Source of the DNA: Octopus sinensis
Lineage: Eukaryota
Assembly (NCBI RefSeq): GCF_006345805.1
Contig: NC_043000.1
Location: 41,106,001 to 41,170,000 of the forward strand
Direction: 5' to 3'
DNA length: 64,000 bases
Shown: positions 53,418 to 64,000 of the stretch, one piece after another
Numbering within the stretch: position 1 is the stretch's first letter
How the letters are laid out: each line of letters begins with the position of its first letter
Translations under genes and position numbers: made by a program
The notes under the pieces: generated by a model
Databases searched by the model: none
What the model saw: only the letters and a program-made list of their open reading frames with translations
What the model was told of the DNA's origin: nothing

Positions 53418-53951
53418 ATATAATAATAATAATAATAATAATAATAGTAATAATAATAATATTATTATTGAATTAAAAATAAGATTAATAATTTTAACGA
53501 ATGTGTGCAAACACTCATATACACACACACATTATAAACATGACTATATATTCTGAGTATTCCAACGGACCATAATTTAATCCTTGTAGTGTTCTTGGTG
53601 CACCCTTATGATTTTCCATTCAAGTTTTTTTTTTAATGCAAAATTATATATTTATATATCTTTTGTAGATTTAACTTTGTGAAATGAAACAATTGTAGGT
53701 GAATACGTTAATTAATTTATAAATTCATTTGTATCCATTACATCTCTCTGTTTTCAAACTTAATAATACTATATATATAGTTTTCATTTGAAAACCCCAC
53801 TAGAATGGGAGAAAGCGCTAATGAACTAAGTGATATGATATATATGTAAAAAATGTAATATATAAATAAATATCTGTAAATACAAACCATCCGATCTTCC
53901 TATTACCTCATTTCTTCTAATATATAATACCTGTACATCATCTCCAAACCT

Positions 53952-54006
<55 letters not shown>

Positions 54007-54029
54007 TGAAAAGGAACACACGAGTTGAT

Positions 54030-54416
54030 ATATATGGAAAAAAGGTCAAGATAGAAAATGCTAAAATAATTTTATAAAAATGTTATTAAAAACATTTCAG
54101 TACCGGTTTCAGTCATTGAGACTTTTTCAAATTTTTGTATAGAAAACAATTAAATTTAGAAATATTATAACATTTTTTTTAAAAGAATATTTGTATAGTG
54201 TTCAAATACAAGTGGCATTTTCCTTGTTTCTGTCTGTCTCTGTCTCTTTTGTTTACTCTTGTAGGTTATATTCTTTAAAAAAACTTTTAAAATTATTCTA
54301 AATTTAATTGTTTTCCATATTAAAGTCGAAAAAGTCTCAATGACTGAAACCGGTACTGACATGTTTTTTATAAATTATTTTAGCATTTTCAATCTTGACC
54401 TTTTTTCCGTATATAT
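54030..54416. mobile_element. ~390-bp foldback element (~155-bp inverted arms, ~75-nt spacer)
   Basis: ggaaaaaaggtcaagat.gaaaatgctaaaataat…tcagtaccggtttcagtcattgagactttttc…aaaacaattaaatttag is mirrored on both sides and flanked by (TA)n. Confidence 0.9.
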
Positions 54417-54425
54417 ACATGTACG

Positions 54426-54499
<74 letters not shown>

Positions 54500-55629
54500 G
54501 TGTGTGTGTGTGTGTGGTGTGGTGTGTGTCTATATATATGTATGTATGTATGTAGTGTATGTAAATGAGTGTGTGTGTGTTTCTCTCCCTTTCTCTTCAA
54601 CTTTTTCCTTATCTATCAATATCTCCCACCTTCTATCTCTTTGTCTCTCTCTCTCTATCTCACTCTCTTTCTGTCTTTCTGTAGACACAAATATGTTTAC
54701 ACACCTGTTTCCGAATTGTAGCTAGGATTTTCGTTTTGTTATCCTCGTTTAGCTCAACGTTAGCTCCGACTTAGCCGGCTAAAGATAAAAATTCTAGTCA
54801 ACTTTATTCCATCATAATTCTACATACTTTGTGTCTCGATTCAATTATAAAATGTGTTTCCTTTTCAAATAAAGGTATGATGGAAGTTTGGATGCTATTT
54901 CCGGTAAACCGAGCAAACATTATCGGATACCTTGCTCATACAGGGATCCACCACATTAGATGACGTAAAATTGTTCAGAGGACACTGGTTTACAACAGAT
55001 AGTAGAAAAAAAATTGAACTTGGCAATGGAATTCAACAAAATATATCGTTTTCATTGAGGCATTTGCAGCAGATCCTCTAAACTGGTAAATTTTCAAGTA
55101 TAAAATTACTCAAGTAATAAATAAACCTAATCCGTCCCTCCCTAATAATTCTTCTTATCTAGATTAAGTAGAAATGAGATAATCATCTTTTGAACAATTT
55201 ATGTCTTTCCGTTAACAGAACGTTATATATTTATTTATTCATTTATCTTTAACTTGGAGTCACTCATCTTCTCCAGTTTTCGAGTAGTAGCTCGGAATGA
55301 TATCTGTAGCGATTAACAAAATAGTTAAAAAAAGAATTCTTTATGACTGGAGTTTGACTTAATCTGCTGTTCGGTTTAACACCCGTGCTACGTCAGATGT
55401 ACACCAAAGTGTAGTGTAGATTTTGCAAGCAAAGCTTATAAATTACGTAACAATGCATGAAGCTAACATTGAAAGTTGCTAAATATTGATTCATGATATA
55501 TGAACTAATATTTAACAACTATATATACATACATACATACATACATACATGCATACATACATACATACATACATACATACATACATACATACATACATAC
55601 ATACATACATACATACATACATACATAAT

Positions 55630-57580
55630 CATTACGAAAGCTCCATTCCAAGACGATCTACAATCATTCTGATAAAAAATTTGGAACGAAAATAGGGATT
55701 TCAACCTGAATGCATCATGGTTAAGTACAATTGAGAGAGAATACTGTACCAACACTAACAGTAAAACATACTAAATTGATGCAGAAACCTTTGCTATAGC
55801 AGTAGGTAAACTGCATTAAGGGAAGGCACCTGGAAGGGGCCGAATAGTTTGATATTGTTACAAGAAGCTGACATTTTATAGAAACCAATTGATATGTATG
55901 TTCAAAAGGACTACGGAAGGTCAGACTGATATACCAAATTGACTTGCTACAGCAAGGACAAATCTTGCTACCAAAAATGAAATCACCGAGATGGCAGGAA
56001 ACTACCATTGCTTGTCTAAACATTATGTACAAACTGTACACAAGTTGCCTCAACTAATTCCTCCAGGAACATTGTGAGTCGAACAACATTGTGACTGATG
56101 AACAGGCTGGTGGAAAGAAGGGAATGTGGAGATGTGCCGAAGAACTTTTAATAAATGATGGTGTACTGTCTGAAGTAAGAAAACAACGCAGAAACTTTGT
56201 AACAGTATGGCTTGACTATAAGAAGGCATTTGACTCTATCTCTCATTCATGGCTGTTGAAGTGCCTACATCTGGCAAAGGTATCTAATAACTTAATTGAT
56301 GCTATAGAGAGACTCACAAAGACATGGACAACTATTCTTACCCTCACAACTTAAAATAGAATGATTGTTTCTAATAGTTTAGGCATTACAAAGGGAATAT
56401 TCCAGGGAGATAGCCTTTCTGTACTTCTTTTTATTTTGGCACTGAATCCATTACTGTTCCTACTGCAGAAAACAAATGGTAACATGTTAGGATCTTCAAC
56501 TCCTAGAAATATCAATGTAACTCATAATTTCTTTGTGCTAACAATGCCCCAAAACAACTGGAATTAATAACATTATCAGTTGATATAGGCATGGAATTTA
56601 GCCAAAATAAATATTCACATTTGGTTATAGAACGAGGAAAGTCAGTCCCCCAAACCCAAAACCTGTACATCAACGGTCTCTCTATCTCTCCCATTCCACA
56701 CAAAGAATGTTTCAAGCATCTAGACATAGACGAAAATGTACTATATGAAGGCACTGTGAATGAAGATACAGTGACCCAAGAATATTACGCCAGACATAAG
56801 AAAATGCGGCAGTTGGAACTCTACTCTAACAACAAAACAATATCCCACAATGCATTTGCAGTACCAGTGCTGATCCCAACATTTGAGATTCTTGATTGGT
56901 CTGTAGAGGAAATCCACTCCATAGATATCAAAACCTGCAAAATCCTGACAACAACTGGGAACTTCCACAGAAACAGTGATATTGACAACTCTCCCTAAGA
57001 AGAAATGAAGGTGGTAGAGGCCTGAGATCAGTGCAGACGGCCTTCGAATGCCGTATGGTATCACTCAGACAGCACCTGCTAAACAACAGCAGAAAAAGTA
57101 AATACATTAATGCAGTCCTGAAAAGTCAAGTGAGCAACATTGTACAAGTTGGCTGTGAACTCCTCAAGAAACACTATTTTCCTGATGATCTCCTATAGAG
57201 CCCCCAAACAGTTGGGCTCTCTTACCTCAGCGAAGACCTGGATTGAAAATACTCAGCATACAAAAAAAAAAAAAAGAAAGCCGTGTATTGGTATGTTGCC
57301 TGGAGGCTTGAAGAAGACAGTAGAATTGACACGAAGCGCAGCCTCTCTTGGACACAATACCACTACATCACAACACACTTTGAAGGCTATGCGTTTGCGA
57401 CCCAGGAACAGGAGATTTCCACAGTTACTGGTGAACAAGAGAAACAGTGACGCTCTTGTAATCCCAATGTGCAATCGCATATGTAGGCTATGCCATGTTT
57501 CTGTGGAAGACCTTACGCATGTGATTACCAGCTGTCCTAAAATGTCGTCACGGTACTATGCAGCACGACGTTGTTGCTAA
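55630..57580 (+). mobile_element. R4/Dong-like (RLE-type) non-LTR retrotransposon RT-CCHC fragment, decayed
   Basis: EQAGGKKG, WLDYKKAFDSISHSW, GIFQGDSLS, EGGRG and CRLCHVSVEDLTHVITSC. The catalytic xxDD segment is deleted. Confidence 0.88.
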
Positions 57581-57979
57581 AACACACACACACACACACA
57601 CACACATACACACACATATATATTAGAGTTTATACAGTTATTTACATTTATGTATATATGAATGTATCTACGTCCATATGTATATACAGTTGTTAGTGTG
57701 TATGCAAGTATATAGTGATGTGCATTTGTCTGCTTCTCTACTTTTTTTTGTTTTTTGGTTTATGCTCATGTGCATGAAATAATGTAAAATATAGATAATT
57801 TGCCTATGTGATTTTTAAAATTGTATTTGTGTATTAATAAATATTTTCTTCTTGTGCTTTGCGTGTTTGCTTCAATATGTGTAAACCTATGCAGGTGCAC
57901 AGAGTAACTCAATATCGGTAGGATACAATAAACGCATCCGTCATTTTGTTTATTGTAGGTATTAAACATATCATATACA

Positions 57980-58066
<87 letters not shown>

Positions 58067-58149
58067 TATATGTTGTATCTCGGGATGGTCATTTTATTTA
58101 TTTATTTTTTGCCAAATATATATACACATCTTATATTTCAAAAATGTAA

Positions 58150-58330
58150 CCACATGTGAATCGTTGACGATTTTGTCGCCCCCCTCTTCCATTTCTATTG
58201 GACTTTTCTTTGTCTCCTGTTTCTGATGAAGAGCTTTGCTCGAAAAATAAAACCACCTTTCTTTCCTTCCCTGAGCGTCTGCTCGCGTTGTTGATTTTTT
58301 TGTGTTTGTTCTTCGTTTTTTTTTATATTT
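58150..58330 (+). mobile_element. HH1 pLTR-like module
   Basis: Homologous to 40760-40943 and 36041-36240. Confidence 0.75.
58219..58253 (+). ncRNA. Minimal hammerhead-like motif with intact catalytic core
   Basis: gttt CTGATGA A GAGC ttt GCTC GAAA AATA aaac: stem I 4 bp, stem II 4 bp, A15.1/U16.1 and H17=A. The palindrome has decayed. Confidence 0.65.
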
Positions 58331-58828
58331 ATACACAGACGTTACATATATATATACACACATATCTAAATATATATATATATATGCATGCATACGTACG
58401 TACATACATACATACATACATACATACATACATACATACATACATACATACATACATACATACATACATACATACATACATGCATACATACATATATACA
58501 TACATATATACATAATACATACATACGTACATACATACAAGCATACGTACATACATACGTACATGCATACATACGTACATACATACATGCATACATACAT
58601 ATGTACATGCATACGTATAATCAACAAATGAGATCCAGAGATTTTCGTTACAGAAAACACTTCGTAGCACTGAATTGATTCAAACTTAAACTCCGACGTT
58701 TTTACGAGGAACTAATACCGCATGGTAAAGAGTGGTTATAACAGGAATCCAGGTGAGCAGATATGGAGGCAATTATGCGGATATACAACTTAAATATAAC
58801 GGCTTGGTTTTGATATACAATATATATG

Positions 58829-58860
<32 letters not shown>

Positions 58861-58869
58861 ATATAATAT

Positions 58870-58924
<55 letters not shown>

Positions 58925-58999
58925 TAAATAAAACATATACATATATACATACATATATGTACGTACATACCTCTACATGTATATATACATGCATATACA

Positions 59000-59235
59000 G
59001 GACACCAAAAAGACGTCGAACACAATGAGAAACGAAAACATAGACACAAAACCAAGGAAGTGGACATTTTTCTTAAACAACGAAAAAATAGAGTACAGGA
59101 CAAATAACACAAGGAAAATTCCCCTTCTTCAGTCGCCATGGTCTCATCTACTCTGCTTTTCGAAGGTGAAGGCGATACGCATCTTCGATTGAAAGTTTCC
59201 TTCCCGCGAAAAGCAAATTAAATAAAATTTGAGAT
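59000..59235 (-). mobile_element. Possible further PLE pLTR-like remnant
   Basis: A-rich segment after (TA)n followed by ccccttcttcag (reverse complement CTGAAGAAGGGG), but no GAAA half. Confidence 0.35.
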
Positions 59236-59250
59236 CTTTTTGCACATATA

Positions 59251-59307
<57 letters not shown>

Positions 59308-59398
59308 TATATATTGTATATCCAAAACATGCTCTTATATTTAATTTGTTTATACACATAATTGCCTACAAATATATATATGTGTGTGTGTGTGTGTG

Positions 59399-59427
<29 letters not shown>

Positions 59428-59429
<2 letters not shown>

Positions 59430-60222
59430 AGAGGCATTGGCGTTCGGAAGATCCATGGTGGCAGGTAACGTTATGTAAGTGCTATGGAAGGACCGTAGTT
59501 AAACTCTCGATTTGATAATGATACGATGAGGAGACTAATGTGGGTCTAGTATGAGCATGTATATGTTAAATAAAATGAGACAACAAAGCCAAGGCTATGT
59601 GGAATTTTCAGGACATTTATAAAGAGAAAGTTAATTTTGCAGCTGTTTCTGGGATATTTGGGATATCCCTTCATCAGAGACGATGTAAGATGGTTAAATA
59701 GAGAGAAATATTAGAGTTCAATATAAGGAATTATTTTGGAAAAGGAAGGAAATAAGAAGTATATAGAGAAATAGGAGAATGGATGTGGAAATAAAAATAT
59801 ATAAAGATGTTATAGCTGCAGTTTCATTAACCAAGGAATGTGGTGTGTAGAAGTGGTAGAAATGCTTCTTCTCCGTGGTATGTAAATTCCGATAGGAGTT
59901 CATATTTTGTCATTACGATTGGAAAGTGTGGAGACGTATATTCCATGTGTGCTGTTCATTCAAAAGGGTCTCGTAGTGTGAGTGAAAATTGGAGAAAGTA
60001 GTGGTAGTATTGAGTGGATAGAGAGGGGAGAAGAGATGTATATGTTAAAATGAGCAGAAAGGTCAAAGGAAAAGGTGAGAAAAGAAGAAGGAAAGAAAGA
60101 GGAAGAGAAAATGATGAAGGGATATCCCTAATATCCCAGAAACAGCTGTAAGACTAACTTTCTCTTTATAAATATCCTGAAAATTTCACGCAACCTTTGC
60201 CTTGTCTCATTTTATTTAACAT
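59428..60222 (-). mobile_element. Non-autonomous PLE-derived element with inverted ~110-bp pLTR-like arms bearing HH2 hammerhead motifs
   Basis: Arms 59563-59675 and 60112-60222 are inverted copies. Motifs lie at 59634-59681(-) and 60112-60154(+). An extra ~135-bp extension on the left is shared with 12790-12940. Confidence 0.8.
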
Positions 60223-60235
60223 ACATACACACACA

Positions 60236-60323
<88 letters not shown>

Positions 60324-60738
60324 CCAGCATGCGGAAACCATCTAATTCAGATACATTTGTTCTTTTCTTTCACTTATTTTTCTGTCTTCATTTTTTCTTT
60401 CTATAGAAGAGAATATGATCGAAGTGTATCTCTCCTGGGCGTAAACGCAATACACTTTGATACACTTTGTCTAAATTTTTACCTTGAATTACTATTTTTC
60501 TTTATCAAATGGTACTATATTTCAAATATTTTCATAAATTCCACTTAGTATCAAGAAATCTGCTTCTGTGGGTATTCAGAAATTAATAATTTTAACAGAA
60601 TCAATTTTAAACATAAACTTATCACAACCTAAAGCCTTTCTATTTAAGTCGACCTAATTTCTACTATTAATATAATAAACTCCATGAAAATATCAGTATC
60701 TATGAATTGAACATTTATTCTCTGTTATTTTATTTCAG

Positions 60739-60858
60739 AAAAATAAAATATTTCGTGGGTTTGATAAAACGACCATTTGTAAACAGCATTTGTATTCTGA
60801 CATAATACGCATAGCAAAAACTACTGTTAACACACTGTTAATACTTTATATATCTATG
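60739..60858 (+). CDS. Candidate 120-nt exon (KNKIFRGFDKTTICKQHLYSDIIRIAKTTVNTLLILYISM), product unknown
   Basis: ttttatttcag| acceptor, 40 open codons in phase 0, |gtaagc donor. No recognisable domain. Confidence 0.35.
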
Positions 60859-61357
60859 GTAAGCTTTTTATCGACGTGTTAAAAGAATCCCATTTTCTTA
60901 CAGTCATGACGGAACTTAAGATATAGTAAATGCATTGTGCGTATGTATATGCATGTATTTTGTTCGAGTAATTTTTAAAATTACAGAAATTAATACAAAA
61001 TTTTAAGAAGAAACTAGATGATAGCAATGTGCTCCATTTATTGGTTCTGTAGATTCACACCAATTCTTAAATTGTTCTATGACCCCCACTGAACTTTGAA
61101 ATGGCCCCTTTTGGGCTATATCGCTCAGGTAGGGAAACACAGCATTTAAATTCAACTAATCTCTTGTCGATCAACTTTTGGATTGCAGAATTAACTTTTA
61201 CCATGGTATACCCTACAGCTACCACTGCATGAACAAATATCTCACCTTTACGCGTAGTACTGCCTCAATGACAAACATCAGTAAGCACTTTTTCATCTTG
61301 CTGTAGAAAGCACCTGCTCTTACATATTTGGCAGCACCTATACATTATATATATCTG

Positions 61358-61710
61358 AAGGCATGTGGCTTAGTGGTGAGGGAATTCCGCTCACGATCGT
61401 ATGGGTGTAATTTTGATTCCTGGCGGCGAGTCGTGTCCTTGAGTAAGACATCTCATTCTATGTTGCTTCAGTCTATAAAGCTGGAAAAGAAATTGTCATA
61501 CCTGTAATTCAAAAGGTCATCCATGTCACACTTTATGTTGTTACACTGAATCTCCCTGAGAGTTACGTTAAGGGTACGTATGTTTTTGGAGTGCTCAGTC
61601 ACTTGCACGTTAATTTCACGAGCAGGCTGTTCCGTTGATCGGATCAACATAACAACCTGTTCTTGAAATTAATGATTGGATCAACTGGAATACTCGTCGT
61701 CGCAACCGAC
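61358..61710 (+). mobile_element. SINE family B
   Basis: gaaggcatgtggcttagtggtgaggg…ctcacgatcgt…tgtccttgagtaagac…cacttgcacgttaatttcacgagcaggctgttccgttgatcggatcaac. Confidence 0.8.
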
Positions 61711-61879
61711 GGAATGCCAGTTCTTATACATACCCAAACACTCACATCTTTTTTTCTTCTGTTGGGATCATATTTTTTCTACCATCCATACCTCTTATAA
61801 AAATTGCCATTCTTCATCCCTTTTTTTTAAATTGGCTTGAATGTTTGGCACAATCCCACCAATTTTGGTGGGATTAAAT

Positions 61880-62035
61880 TAACTCCAGTTCCCAACTAAT
61901 ACTTATTTTATCGACCTCAAAAGGATGGAAGACAAAATCGACTCCGGTGGTGTTTGAACTCAGAGCGTAAAGTCGGAAGAAATGCTGCTGAACATCTCTT
62001 CCGACGCAGTAACGATTCCGCCAGCTCACCGTCTT
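61880..62035 (-). mobile_element. SINE family C 5' half
   Basis: tacttattttatcgacctc…tttgaactcagagcgtaaag…aacgattccgccagctcaccgtctt. Confidence 0.8.
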
Positions 62036-62266
62036 ATTCCTGGTTTTCAAATTACCAGCGCCCTTGATAATCCTTTCCTTAATCTCTTCCCTTCATCCAA
62101 TCACTGCTCATTGATTATTTTGCCATCTTTGACTGGCTGTTTAAGTATTGTCGCATTGTGTCCTACACATCTTATTTTTCGCTGTTATCCTTCACTTTAC
62201 TTATTCTTCACTATCTTTCCACTTTCCCTCTGCTCTCTCTGTCTCTGAATGTCTGTCTGTCTATCT

Positions 62267-62321
<55 letters not shown>

Positions 62322-62344
62322 ACATACACATACACACACACACT

Positions 62345-63150
62345 GTTCCGGCTATCATATTTCTAAGTTCCGGCATTCAACTTTCTGTTCCTTGAAAAAT
62401 AACAGGTAGAGATAAACTAAATAGTGACGAAGAGAATTTATGCCTTCAAAGATACGCATATATACATATTACATACACACACACACACACACGCACACAC
62501 ACACTCACTATTGTCAAACGAAATATTTGGTATGTCAGAAAACATCACTTCCCAACGTAGGACGCTATACAAAAACGTTAGCTTTTTTTTCTTTTTCCAT
62601 ACGGCAAAATGATTTCTTCCACTTTTAAAGAGCATATATCCACAAATTATAAGCGCAAATCGCAAGATTCCTCGGATCCTACTTTTGACGTAAACTGTGT
62701 TGTCTTAACCTGGTTTGAGTGGCTTACTTTTCAGCTTTGTGTGCCTTAGTTTGCTATTTTACTTGCTTCCTTTCTGAAGTCATTTGACACTCGATCGATT
62801 ACACTTCAAGTGACAAGGTTGAGACTAGTAATGGAAAGTGAGGTATGATATTTGATAGGTATTTTGTAGGGTATAATGTGTGGGTAGTGCGTAGTGGGTA
62901 GTGAGTGGTGCGATTTGGTTGTATGTGTATTTGTTTATATTGCTTTTGTTTAGATATTAATATATACACGTTTGAATATACATAGATAGAAAAGCAAATA
63001 ATTCAAATTCCGCCATGTCACTATTCCAGAAATCCGCGACTAAGTTCCGTCATTCATCTTATTATTCCTTGAAAAATAGAAGGTAGAGAGAAACTAAGTA
63101 GTGACGAAAAGAATCTACGTCTTCCATGATACGCATATATACATATTACA
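62345..63150 (+). repeat. Pair of diverged ~130-bp direct repeats (62345-62475 and 63040-63150)
   Basis: ctaagttccg.cattca…ttccttgaaaaata…ggtagaga.aaactaa.tagtgacgaa…gatacgcatatatacatattaca occurs twice, each followed by (CA)n. Confidence 0.85.
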
Positions 63151-63439
63151 CACACACACACAACACACACACATGCACACACACACACACACACACACAC
63201 ACGTATGTATATATGTGTCTAAGTATGTGCAGGTTTGGTGAAGTGAACAGGGAAATGCAACACAAATCTTGAGCGTATGTGTATGTATTGATCGCTAGCC
63301 ACTAAACCTTTTTTTTTAAATTTTCTCTCCCTGTTTATTCCTGTGTTCCTTCCTTTACCTCGAAAGGTAAAAGACTTTCTCACTCCCGAGCGTTAAACTA
63401 ATACATCTGTTTGTTGTTTACACACCCGTTCTCCTCTTT

Positions 63440-63700
63440 TTTTTTTTGTATATATATCTTAACAAAGAGAAGGGCCCTGTCAGAGAGCCCTGGTCAACCT
63501 GGGCGAAGTATGTGGACTCCTTCCTCTCTCTGGTAAATTGCACAATCACTCTATTAACTGTAGAAAGCGGAATCCCAAGATTTTCTGTGATTTTACGCTG
63601 ACTATGTCCACCTTCAGATTGACCCACATTATAGCCTCTTTGAAATTCAGACAATTCCAAGGCTTCTTTTGAACATTGCATGATTATTCAGTCACATATA
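63440..63700 (-). pseudogene. Tc1-family transposase N-terminal (HTH) fragment
   Basis: [44 protein letters not shown] is typical of the Tc1 paired-like HTH region. Confidence 0.75.
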
Positions 63701-64000
63701 GAACTTGAAACGTAAAAATGTCAATTCATAAAAAATATAAACCTTTACAAGTTAGAATAAACATAAAATGATGTTTATGGTGTATCTATTTACTGCTATC
63801 ATGTCTATATATATATATTATAGATGGGTGAATGAATTATCCTTTGATTACCGCTAACAGGACAAACTCAATAAACAGTTACCAGGGTAGCAAAAGCTAA
63901 AGGTATGTTTCTGCCAGTGCTTACATTTGTAAGATCGCTCTAGAAGTGTGTTAACAAGGTGATTCTTAGAGAAAAGAATATGGAAGATTTCAGAGTTGCA

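Noticed and set aside
47826-57580. The R4-like RT piece (+) and RLE piece (-) as two halves of one inverted element
   Set aside because: They overlap at the same motif with different sequences (HDVVAK versus NKVGHYLHW), and each has its own microsatellite junctions, so they are more likely separate insertions.
59100-59140. Hammerhead at reverse-complement CTGAAGAAGGGG
   Set aside because: No stem II closure followed by GAAA; at best a decayed remnant.
61189-61280. Second candidate exon (ttgcag|…|gtaagc, open in phase 1)
   Set aside because: Its phase is incompatible with the 60739 exon (phase 0 gives an immediate stop), the acceptor is weak, and the peptide is not recognisable.
63824-63903. 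Exon bounded by tag| and |gtatgt
   Set aside because: Stops occur in all three frames, and it is adjacent to a Tc1 remnant.

Overview
This is AT-rich, microsatellite-dense animal genomic DNA, not prokaryotic. The tRNA-derived SINE families and repeat landscape suggest an octopus or related cephalopod (inference from recognition; no database search was run). There is no intact protein-coding gene, and most ORFs in the supplied track are microsatellite artefacts. The window is a transposon graveyard: a near full-length but decayed Tx1/L1-clade LINE plus two fragments; CR1, RTE and R4/Dong-like LINE fragments; three Penelope-like (PLE, GIY-YIG) remnants; mariner, Tc1, hAT and Helitron derivatives; and at least four SINE families. 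The most notable signal is a set of about ten minimal hammerhead-ribozyme-like motifs (CUGANGA-A-stem II-GAAA-palindrome-UH). They fall into at least two sequence families, sit in PLE pseudo-LTR-like modules, abut (TA)n or similar tracts, and recur as inverted pairs. Two insertions sit specifically inside (TAA)n tracts. A CpG-rich stretch ending in ATG|GTGAGT (52584) and a clean 120-nt open exon (60739-60858) may mark the 5' end of a plus-strand host gene. Repeat boundaries were read by eye and are approximate.
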